Assembly (NCBI GenBank): GCA_029717555.1
Contig: JAMDHS010000052.1
Span: 62,001 to 126,000, forward strand
DNA from: Peribolospora baueri
Taxonomy: Eukaryota
DNA: 64,000 bases
Direction: 5' to 3'
Of this stretch, positions 12,771 through 22,906 are shown one piece after another. How positions within the stretch are numbered: the first letter of the stretch is position 1; each line of letters starts with the position of its first letter. A program made the translations under genes and the position numbers. The notes under the pieces are model-generated. The model was given only the letters and a program-made list of their open reading frames with translations, searched no databases and was not told the DNA's origin.

Positions 12771-14179
12771 GCAGACTGGAGAGCGAATGCGACCGGCGCG
12801 TTTGGCGAGGCAGGCGTCGTTTCGTGATGGGGATGCGGGTGTATGGTGTCGGTGGCAATGTCAGCCGAGATTGAGGTCCCTGGTGCGCTTCGTGGACGGA
12901 GGGGAAAGCGACAGAACTCATTTAGCATTTGGTATAGAGGCTGACGAGGGCTGGGCTGTTGGAAGAAGCGCGCCGTTGACAGCGCCGAGAAGACAAGACG
13001 ACGACAGAGACGGAGTGAGCGCTTGCGTCGCTCGCGCCAAGGCGGACCTTTTCTGCGACCCTTGCTTTTTCCCCTTTCCCTCGGCTTGTCCGAGCGTTGT
13101 GCGATCCTTATCGCTCGAATATACGATCGACCTGGGACCGCCTCCCACCAAGTGACCAGACCAGACAAATATGGTCGCCGGTGCCAGTACCCGTTCGAGT
13201 TCGTGTTGCCGTTGCTTGATATGACCTTTACGGGAGGGCGTAAAAGATAAGGAAGGAAGGGGCACGAGGGGAACGTGGGAGATGGTGGACGCACGGCGGC
13301 TAATCTGCCCTGCGTCGGTCGGTGTGTCGAACCGTCGGACGAGAAGAGGGGAGGGGAGACGTGAGGCGGAGACTTGGAGGGGTAGAACCAGATGGAAGAG
13401 GGAAAGGAAGGAAGAAGGGCAGACGGTCGGATCTCACGATCCACGTCAATCGTTCTCTAATGCTATCATATCACACCCGACCGCGCCACGGAGGAAAGAA
13501 AATCAGTCGAACTCGACGTCGGTTTGGGACTTCGCTGACCCGATTCGCCGTCTTTCCAAGTTCGGTTGCGCCGGGCGTCAGCTCCCGTCCGTCGTCGTCG
13601 TCTCTCATCTGTCCGATCGAGTGAGCCGTTCACCGGTTGTCTCGGGGGCATCATGTCCCAAAGGCCGTACGCACGGGTGGGCGAGAGGAAGGCGGAGAGG
13701 GTCGGGCGAGCGCCATGGCCGATTCGACCGCCTGCCTGGTTCGTTCGATGAAAGCGTCTGGGGCGCGAGAGATAACGCGACAGGCTGCGGCAACGCGCGC
13801 ATGACGAAGACCGGCTGCGGCGTTATCTCGCGGAACGGACGGTGCGCTCAAACACTCGGAAGGTGAAGGGAACAGGTCGAACGAGGTCCCTCTCCTTCTC
13901 CGCAGCGTGCTTGCTGGGCGCATGATCATCAGCGACTTCGAACGGCGAGTCTCAGCGTAGGGCGCTCGCGCAACATCGGCAGCAAACAACGACACGGAAT
14001 AGGATATACCTGCATGCCATATACTCTGTATGTACGGTACATCGAACGAACGAAGGAGATCTGATCGGGTTTCCATAGATATCACGTCCCACTCAGCGGG
14101 ACCAGGTGAATAGGCTAGCTACCCTAGGTTGAGCAAGGACGGACGGACGGATGTTGGACGGACGGGTACGCTTTGCCGG

Positions 14180-17100
14180 CTAGAGGGGGACTTGCCCGCC
14201 CGCTTGTTTGCGAAGAAACGAGGGCGAGGGAGAGGGCGAAGGCGGGGTCGAGGACGACGGCGCGGCCGAGGCGGAGAAGCGCCCGTCGGTGAAGACGAAG
14301 GGGTGGTCGTACATCCGGAGAATCGAAGCAGACGCGGCTGTAAGTCCGGCCTGGGAACAAGAGGACGCAAACGAGGCCAAGCAGGGCGAGCGGTCGAGCT
14401 CCAAGGACAGGGTGCTCGACGGGACATCGACGTCGAGCGGCCCGATCGATCTCGCCACTGGCCCTCCTCCTCGGACCGCCTCGGCGCCGCTCTCGAGCTC
14501 GCCCCTTGCTCTCGATACTCCATCCCGACCCACCTTGCGCGATTTTAATTCATGGCCGATCGGGCGGAGCCAGTCCTTTTCCGAATCAGCGTCGAACGAG
14601 CGGAACCGGAGGCGCTCGTACGCGTCTTGGAGCGAGGTGGGCCACCCCGTCGCCGCCGTCGCTCTCCACGACGACGGTGGCGGACTAGTACGCTTAGCCG
14701 ATGGCTGCCCCTTCTTCCCCTTCGAGTTAGGGCTTGAGGTAGGACTCGTGGAGGGCCTACCATCCTCCTGCGCCTTTCCGGCGCGTTGTGAAGAAGACCG
14801 CCCTCCAGACGATGGAACGGACGACGAAAGGTTACGTCGTTGTTCCTGTGCGCTCGCAGGTCGGTGATGGGAGTAGTGGTCGCGCATCGAAGCCGCAGAG
14901 GCGCATCGTCGTTGATGGTTGTCGAAGCGGCCCGCCAGACCGTCGCCGGAAGCGCGTGCACAGGCACCGGTCGACGGGATGGCGGAGGAGGAGGCGGAAC
15001 TGGGGACGTTGGCAGATGCTTTCAAAGTCTTCGGCTCGAAAGAGGGCTGGGAGGGAAGACGGGGTGGGGAGACGTCGTTACAGCGTGAACTAGGACCTGA
15101 ATGACAGAGAGACGCGCGAGACGGCGTGCGCAGGCCGTCGTCGCGGATGACGATGGACTCGGCCGACGTTCCCGGCGAGGTGGACGGCCTCCCGTCTCGA
15201 GCAAACACGTTGGAAAGCGCCGGCCCGGAGCGAGCCCTTCGTTTGTAGAGCGCGGCGGCGGAGACGGAAGAGAAAGGCGCGGCGGAAGGTGTTGCGAGGG
15301 CGGTGAACGGCGTACCGCTGGACGAGACGCGTAGCAGGCTGCTGCCGGAGCTGTCCGCGCCGACAAGGCTTCCGCCATCCACGGTGGTGGACCGCGACAG
15401 AGGAGTAGAAAAGAGCTGTGGGGTAGAGAAGGTGGAGGAGGAATAGGGAGCCAGCTCCGCGTCGCCGTCCACCACCGTATCGTGGTCGAATCTCCAACCC
15501 CCGCCCTTGCCCTTGTTCTTATCCTTGTCCTTGCCCTTACGTCCCAACCGAAAGAGCCCGACAAGACTCTTCCAATCCTTCTCCTTCGAACGACCCATCC
15601 CTCCCCATCTCTCCTCAGCCCTCCACTCCGCCCGCGACTCCGGCCTCGGTCTCTTCTCCGCCGTCGGCAACGGCAAAACGGGCTCAGGCGTGGGCGCGAA
15701 GACAAAGGCAGAACTGATCGAGTTGGTCACCTGATGTCGCCGCCTGCCGGCGCTGGCGCTCGAGCTCGAGCTCGTCGAACGCGTGCGCCCTTGGGAAACC
15801 GGGTCGTCCATCAGCTCGGAGAATTGGGCAGAGGACGGACAAGGGGAGTGGCTCCACGCGCCCGCGAGGGCGTCTACGTACGTCTGCGTCTGCTGGGGTT
15901 GAAGGTGGGAAAGCTGACCGTTGGCTCCGGTGGCCCCGATGGAGGACGTAGTGGACGAGGCCACGCTGAGACTCCTCGACTCGCGAGTGTTGATGGACGT
16001 TTTCGACGGCGCAGCGCTCCGGGCGCTCGCGCTCGCACTGCGTGCCTTACCAGGGCTAGGGTCTGACCGAAGACTGGGGCTCGAGACTGAAGACGCACGG
16101 GCGAGACTTCCCCTCCTCGTTGGGACCTTTATAGAGACTGGCGACTGCAATCTCGGGGTGGAAGGAGAAGCCAAGGGCTGGCGTTCCTCCTCGCCCGTTT
16201 CGACGGGGGTCGCGCGAATCGTTCCACACGGACTGGGCAGCTGAGAGGCGTCTTGGAACGAAAAGGACGAGGAAGGCTGAAGAGGGAGCGGGCGTTCGCC
16301 GGAACGGCTGTCCGAGTGCGGGGTGAGCAGGAACGGTACGCCCGGGCTGATGGGCAGGTTGAGCGCTGGCGAGGCTGGGATGTGTGGATCATAGGCGCTC
16401 GGAGTGGAGGGCGTCCCGGTGAGGGGTGAGTCTGTGTGAGCGGTCGGAGGGGTGTATGCGTGGAGGCGGTCTTTGTCGTCAGAACTGCCGGCCTGCTGAA
16501 CGTCCCGAGATGAAGAAGAAAACACACCGCTGCCGTCGGTCCCAGCTGACGCCTGCCTTTTTAGACCGTCAGAAGAAACCGAGCCGGTGATGGAGGGCGA
16601 AGGCGGGAGTGGAACGGCGCTCCACTGAGCGTCGGTGCCAGACCGACGCTGTAGGATGCAGTGAACGCCGCGGAACGACTTGATGGGAGATCGATCGATG
16701 GGCGTGTCTGGCCACGCCGGGCTCATCCTGCCGTCTTCCGATTCGGCAAGCCTGTCGTCGCCGTCAGCGGGCTCGGCGGCTATGCCGAGACCGAGGTACG
16801 TTCTGAGTCGGAAAAGCAGATCGTTCTCCTCGTGGCCCTCCTCGCCTTTCTGGCCGACGACGGACGGGTCGAGATCGAGGTGCGGCGACGAAGACGTGAG
16901 ATGAAGATTCGAGAAGGGAATAGAAACGTTGGAGAAGTCGGCCGACGTCGAGGTCAAGTCCTCCTCGCAGCCTGTGAAGCAGGTCACGTTGGATACCGTC
17001 AGCGCCGTGGAGGCGGTGAACTTTGCGGCTCGATCGATGGACGCGTACGACTCACTTCCAGCGCCGGAGACAGCGAGACCAGACGCGGCGGGGCTGGAGA

Positions 17101-17911
17101 CGTGGGGGAACGAAGGGAGCACCGTCGGCGTGGCGAGGTCATCGTCCGGCTTGCCGCATGGCGGGCCGAGATAAAAGGAGCCAGCGGTGGGCGTGGGCGT
17201 ATAGGAGAACTCGGTGCTGGTCGGACTGAAGCTGGACGACAAGGTGGGGCTGCCGAGATCGGAGTGGCGAGAACTTGGAGAACATGGGGCGCGCGCCTGG
17301 GCTTTTTCGAGGTCCAACGCACGTGGTCGGACGGCCCGTCTTTTACCTGCGATGGCGGAGAGGTCCGGGAGAGCGCTCATCGAAGTGCGAGGGGCGAGGA
17401 GGGGAGAGTGGAGGCGCGGCAGCCGAGCGCAAGGCTCGACCTCGATGTCCCAAGCGGTCACAGACCGGCGGCGATTCCGCGAAGGGGGGCGGACCCAGCT
17501 CCTCGACTGTCCGAGCTTGCCTTTGGTCTCCGACTGCCTGTCGGTGCGGGGCAAGAGCGCGGAGCGGCTCGGCTTTGCGCTCAGGGCGTGGGCGAGGGCG
17601 TAGGCATGGACCGGGTCAGGCTCGTCCCTAGGAGCGGCAGCGCGGTCGAGCGACGGACGGGCGATGGCATGGACGAAGCCGGCGCCGGCTGCGGGCGCAC
17701 TCTGCCTTCGGAGGGCCTTCAGAGACCTGCTGGCCGCGTCGGCGGCGGCGTCCGGCCGGGGGTGGGGAGCCGAGGTGAGCGTCGGCGACGGGGCCGTGTC
17801 GGCGTCGAGGAGATTAAGGAAGGACGAGAAGGGGCCGACGTCCTGGCAGGAGGAGGGCCTGTGCTCGGTGCGACGACAGTGGGCGTGGGCGAGGGCGGCG
17901 TGTGCGTCCAT
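14180..17911 (-). CDS. Hypothetical Ser/Pro-rich protein (1243 aa, intronless)
   Basis: Long uninterrupted ATG-initiated ORF; shares motifs with the ORF at 9945-12770. Confidence 0.72.
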   Translation of the reverse strand: MDAHAALAHAHCRRTEHRPSSCQDVGPFSSFLNLLDADTAPSPTLTSAPHPRPDAAADAASRSLKALRRQSAPAAGAGFVHAIARPSLDRAAAPRDEPDPVHAYALAHALSAKPSRSALLPRTDRQSETKGKLGQSRSWVRPPSRNRRRSVTAWDIEVEPCARLPRLHSPLLAPRTSMSALPDLSAIAGKRRAVRPRALDLEKAQARAPCSPSSRHSDLGSPTLSSSFSPTSTEFSYTPTPTAGSFYLGPPCGKPDDDLATPTVLPSFPHVSSPAASGLAVSGAGSESYASIDRAAKFTASTALTVSNVTCFTGCEEDLTSTSADFSNVSIPFSNLHLTSSSPHLDLDPSVVGQKGEEGHEENDLLFRLRTYLGLGIAAEPADGDDRLAESEDGRMSPAWPDTPIDRSPIKSFRGVHCILQRRSGTDAQWSAVPLPPSPSITGSVSSDGLKRQASAGTDGSGVFSSSSRDVQQAGSSDDKDRLHAYTPPTAHTDSPLTGTPSTPSAYDPHIPASPALNLPISPGVPFLLTPHSDSRSGERPLPLQPSSSFSFQDASQLPSPCGTIRATPVETGEEERQPLASPSTPRLQSPVSIKVPTRRGSLARASSVSSPSLRSDPSPGKARSASASARSAAPSKTSINTRESRSLSVASSTTSSIGATGANGQLSHLQPQQTQTYVDALAGAWSHSPCPSSAQFSELMDDPVSQGRTRSTSSSSSASAGRRRHQVTNSISSAFVFAPTPEPVLPLPTAEKRPRPESRAEWRAEERWGGMGRSKEKDWKSLVGLFRLGRKGKDKDKNKGKGGGWRFDHDTVVDGDAELAPYSSSTFSTPQLFSTPLSRSTTVDGGSLVGADSSGSSLLRVSSSGTPFTALATPSAAPFSSVSAAALYKRRARSGPALSNVFARDGRPSTSPGTSAESIVIRDDGLRTPSRASLCHSGPSSRCNDVSPPRLPSQPSFEPKTLKASANVPSSASSSAIPSTGACARASGDGLAGRFDNHQRRCASAASMRDHYSHHRPASAQEQRRNLSSSVPSSGGRSSSQRAGKAQEDGRPSTSPTSSPNSKGKKGQPSAKRTSPPPSSWRATAATGWPTSLQDAYERLRFRSFDADSEKDWLRPIGHELKSRKVGRDGVSRARGELESGAEAVRGGGPVARSIGPLDVDVPSSTLSLELDRSPCLASFASSCSQAGLTAASASILRMYDHPFVFTDGRFSASAAPSSSTPPSPSPSPSFLRKQAGGQVPL

Positions 17912-19304
17912 GACTGTGTCTGTATGTCTGTCGCTCCCTGGAGGGGCTGGATCAGAGGGAACGGGAGGGGTACGAGGTGAAGGGAGAGGGAGATGTGAGC
18001 GAGAGCATCAAGGAAGGATAACGAGGGGAGGGTGGTGCTGAGGAAGGGGAGAGGGGGGAGATGGGGGAGATGAGGGAAAAGAAGGGGGACGAGTGAGCTC
18101 GGCGGCTTTTGAGGTGAGCGACGAGGAGGAGGGTCAGTCTGTCAGCGAGCACGGTAAGCACAGCGAATCGTTCGCTTGTCTTCGTTCGTTGGCAGACGGA
18201 CGTCCGTCGGTGAGTCGACTCGGCGATCTGTGGACAGGCCCCTGGCGTTGGGTGTTGAGAGAGTGGTCGGGGACGAATGGATGGTTGGGACGGGTTAGGA
18301 TGGGATGAGTGTGGACAAGGACCCGATCGACGGTGGTTCCGATGATGGACCCCATCGACGACCCCGTACGGGGGTCGCACAGCAAGCGCCGTCGGCCCCT
18401 CCATCCATCGGTGCCGTACTTCCCGTCGTCCCACCATCACACCATCCCACCGCCCATGTCCGATGGTGGTGTCAGGAGGCAGACTCTGCTTCCATATTAT
18501 CGCCGTCCAGGGGCAGCCTTAGCACCGGTCGACCCTCTCGGACGCGAGGCGGAGGCGAGGCGGAGGCCGCTGCGGTAACCCTATCTCGCCCGATCGGGTG
18601 TGACATGCTCGACCGGTCCACGCCCAGCCAGCCAGCCAACGTCGACGGCGGGACGACCACACTCGGACGGTCGATGTCGACGTCGGCCGGGACGTCGTCG
18701 ATCCTTGCCGAGCTCCATACATGGAACAGCTTGGAACATGCCTGGTGCACAGGTTTCACAGGCTGTCAGCGAGCTAAGCAGGTGCAGCTAAGCAGGTGCA
18801 GGCGCGGAAGCAGGAGCAGGAGCAGGAGCAGGAGAGGAGATGGAACAGGAGCAGGAGCAAGTGCAGATGCAGGTGTAGGAGGAGACGGAGACGGAGACGG
18901 ACAACGGGAGCATATCTCTCTCTACGTCGTCCCACTCCTCCCTCCTTTCCCATCCCACACCGTCCTCGCCCGGTTTGGGTGGGTGGGTGGAGCCATTCGC
19001 ACGTCCGCGCCGGACTACTGTCTGTATGTATGTACCCCTGCAAGTCTCACCAGTCAGTCGATCCACCGCGTTGGCCCTCCCAATCCCTTCGACCTCGTCC
19101 CCCGTCCAGTCCAGTCCAGTCCAGTCCAGTCCACCGGACGGGTCCCCCATCCATTGTACACCCGTCCTTCCGTCCGTCCCCGCGGAGCGGAGACATATCC
19201 CGCACGGAGGACGGAGGACGGACGGACGGAAGGAAGGGAGACAGATAGACAGATAGAAGATGGACCATCATCGAGACGATGGCAAACCTAAACGCCTCTT
19301 CTCC

Positions 19305-19774
19305 CCTCTTCCCACGCCCCGCGTCGCCGGCGCGGGGATGGCATAGCAGAGCAGCTCCGGCGGAGCGGACCCCTTGTCAGCTACTACGTCTCAAACCCTT
19401 TGCATCAGTCCATTTTTTAAGCCTTTTTGTTGGTGCATTCACAAGCCTCACCATTGCCGGCGTTTTTTTTACATTAATGATGGGAGTAGAGCAGGGAGAC
19501 GCCATCGACATCAGTGGTCCTGGATAATGCAACATACAGCTGCCCATGGGTGAAGACTGGGCTTCGGAGGTCGACCGCAACGTGGCACAACGACTGGCCC
19601 TGCGATTTGTTGATGGTCATAGCGAAGCTTTTCCCGTGAGATCGGGCGGCCGGCCACGCCGCAGCTGCCATACGGGCGGGTGCAGCCTACCGCCTATAGG
19701 GGCAGCGGGGGATCCCGGGGGGCAGGGGCCGCGCTCGCCGCCAGGCCCAGAGGGGTAAAACTAACCGGAAGAGG
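19305..19774 (-). mobile_element. Non-autonomous Helitron remnant carrying the C-terminal Pif1-like helicase motifs
   Basis: [34 protein letters not shown] at about 19474-19626. GC hairpin CCCCGCG..CGCGGGG at 19317-19337 lies downstream. Boundaries are approximate. Confidence 0.8.
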
Positions 19775-20150
19775 AAAGTAGGGGTTCGGCGGCAAGCACA
19801 ACTTATATTACAGAGACGGCAGTCAGCGCACCGGCCTACTTGTACAGATAGATAAGACCGCACTCAGACTTTGTCCTCATTCCTGTCGAGACGTATCTCA
19901 TCTCCCTCTCACCACCACCACCCTTGTTCAGTCAACGGACCGATGGCGATCAGAGGATCAGACGGGCGATCGACGAATCGATTTAGAGCAGACGGAGTTG
20001 AGTTGGTTGCACGACAAGCCCCGTCTGCCAAATAAAATAGCACACCTCCGTTTCCTGATCGCAGGCAACGACGACAACAACAAGAAGATCCAGATTGGGG
20101 CAGTCAGATGTGATCATGAAGCCTCCCTCCCAACGCCCCTCCGGCCTCCT

Positions 20151-21799
20151 TCAAATGACTTCCGACATGACCTTGCCCCTCGCAGACCCATCGAACAGCT
20201 TTCCCCACGTGTGCGGGATAGCCTCGAACGGCGCTCCGACGAGCGTGTCCATGCCGCCCGCGCCGCCACTCGCGTCCGGCCGCGCAGACGACGAGGAGAC
20301 AACAAGGGTGCCGTCCAGGATGGCCTCCCTGAGCAGCTTTAGCGCCTCGCCGAATTCCTTGGGCTTGTTGTAAAGCTTTTTTTTTTGCGTGCAGAATGAG
20401 GAGAAGAAACATAATAAGAACGGTCACCCATCCCAATCCGTGTTCGTAAGAACGCACCTCGAGGGCTGTGAAGCCGATCACTCTGACCTTGCGCATCACC
20501 AAATCGAGCCAGTTGGTCATGACATACTCGGAAGGGTCATCGACGCCTAAACCCACAGACCACGATCGCCGCTGGTGAGCTCAACGCCCCCTCTGCGCCC
20601 ATGACATGAACAATCAGCGAGCGGCAAGTGTCTCACTTACCTGCGAGCACGCCACATGCCGCGATCCTGCCATAGTCGTTCATGTGCGGCAGGATGGCGT
20701 TCAAAATCTTGCCGGCCACGTTGTCAAAGTAGCTGCGAGCGATGCCACGGGCGTTGGTCAGACGACTTCCTTTTCTCTTTCCCTCGCCCGAAAGCAATCA
20801 ATCGCCTCTCACATGTCGATGCCCTTGCCCCCGCTCAGCTCCTTCACGGCGGCAGCCAGCTCGGCCTCAAACCGGGCCGACTTGTAGTCCACGCACCGCG
20901 CCGCGCCCAGCGATAATTCCACCCAACGACACTTTTCCGGACCGCCGGCGATGCCGATCACCTTGGCTCCAAGGATTTTGGCAGCTATCTGGACAGCGAG
21001 CGAGCCGATGGCGCTGATCGACGCACACAAAGCGGACGCAGAGGCGAAAACGGTCAGCGACGGACGGGATGGCGTAGATGGAAGAGAGAAAAAGAGTCGG
21101 ATCCAACGCCAAGGACACCGTTCCTTCTCTCACGTACCCGGCAGCGCTGCTCACGACAACCACTTCGCCGGCTTTGACATTAGTCACGCCGGTGAGGCCC
21201 CAGTAGGCCGTAATGCCAGCCGCGCCAAGGGCGTTGATGAAGATGGTAGGAGGGAAGCCGGGGAGAAGCCTGTTGGAGACCGGCAAACTTGTCTCGTCAG
21301 TCGTCCCGCAACGACAATAGGACCGACTCGAAGGAGCTGTCTCACTGACTCACTCGAGCTTGGTCACCTTGCCCGCCGGGACTACCACGTGCTCGACCCA
21401 GGCCGCGCCCCAGGACGTCACCAGATCGCCCGGCCGGATGTTCCGGGAAGACGCTTGGGCATCATCGTCGTCGTCCGCCACCGCGACAACCTCGAAGATG
21501 GCACCGAAGGCCTTGATCGGCTCTCCGACGGGTATGGTGCCCAGATGGGTGTCCTTGCCTTGTGACTCCGCGGCGATGAGGATCCGTTGGGCCGGGTCAT
21601 GAGAGAGGTAGCGAGTGCGGAGAAGCAGCTCTCCCTTGCCGAGGCGCTCGGGCAAAGGCACTTGCGAGTCCAGGGCAAAGGTGGACGAAGCATTAAAGGC
21701 GCCTTCCGCGCTGGGCACCGACAACGGCGAGCTGGCCGAAGGGGGTACCTGAAGCCGCCAGGCACGCGTCGTCTTCGGCAGGGCGGATATGCTGGCCAT
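20151..21799 (-). CDS. NADP-dependent alkenal/prostaglandin reductase-like oxidoreductase (MDR superfamily), multi-exon
   Basis: YLSHDPAQR, GITAYWGL, VVVSSAAG, AVQIAAKILGAKVIGIAGGPEKC, YFDNVAGKIL, GRIAACG motifs. Confidence 0.9.
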
Positions 21800-22906
21800 C
21801 TGTGGAGCAGGGTCAAGTTATGATACGTAATACGTACGCGAGAAGTCTCTAGTCCTGAGTGCCGGGCGGGTCGTTCGCGTTCGCGGCCAGAGCAGAGCGC
21901 GCGCTCGCTCCGCTTTTATGTATACCTGAAGAGCGCGGCGCGAGCGTACGTAGACCTCACCGCCATCTCGCCCGGCGGCCTAGCATATTCCAAATCCAGT
22001 CACTCGGCCGAGGCGCCCCGCTGAAACGCCTACGCCTGTTCTTCCAGAACGGCTTTGTCGGGCAGTCTGTCCGAACTCTATCTCCGGCTGTGTTCAGGGT
22101 CGATGTCTAAGTGGAGCGTCGATCGGGAAGCACCCTGCGGAGATTACGGCCTTCGCCTGCCCACAGTGGCATGCCGCAGCACTCCGCGCGGGGTGTAAGA
22201 TGCGGGGGGACGGACCATCACGCCTCGAAGCGGGCTCGAACATGCCACCTTTACTTTGCCGGCAAAGATCTCCGCCGAGCAGCTCATACGACAGCGGACT
22301 TTGGTCGCTGAAGGTCTACGTGTGCCGCCCCATTCAGCCTGCCACAGATCCGGTTCCCGATGAGGAGGACATCGGATACCGAGATGTTCGAGACCGCTCG
22401 GTGCTGAGGCCGCGCACGAACGATTGGCTAGGCTTTTTGGTGGTCCCGATGGCGTGCGTTCCGTTTCCCCGTCCGGATGGGCCAACACCGCATGACACGG
22501 TCAGCCCACGATCCTCGAAGACTGGAAAATTACGAAGGGACGGGCGTCGAACATGATAAATCTGCGTCGGACTCCGACCCCCCTCATATATGAATCCGCA
22601 TAACGCAGCTTACATAAGGCGATCATGGAGATGCCAGCTCCTCAAGACGTCGCACGATTTTGACGTACATACAAGAGCGAGCCCACCTCTCTACTACATC
22701 TCTGCCTCCGCCCGCGTCTCTCCGCGTACCTCTCGACCACAGCGGGGCAACCGTAGAGCCTGTGAGCGGCGCAAGGCCACCTTTCCAGTATCGGAGGCTC
22801 GATTTCAAGCAAGGCTCGATGACGAGCGCCAAGTCGGCTCGATTGCTTAATGCCTCCGGCTCCCTCCCTCACTCCCTCCCTCCAGGCGGCAAACGACCCA
22901 CCGTCG

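Noticed and set aside
16661..17980. 439-aa plus-strand ORF and other long antisense ORFs (57896-59020, 59070-60014, 47713-48588)
   Set aside because: Antisense shadows of GC3-rich real genes; no independent motifs.
18305..19291. 328-aa plus-strand ORF
   Set aside because: Runs through several microsatellites (GCAGGA, GACGGA, CCAGT) in a GC-rich intergenic region; no ATG start or domain.
22111..22556. Short ORFs between the oxidoreductase and Tad3 genes
   Set aside because: No recognisable domain or consistent splice model.
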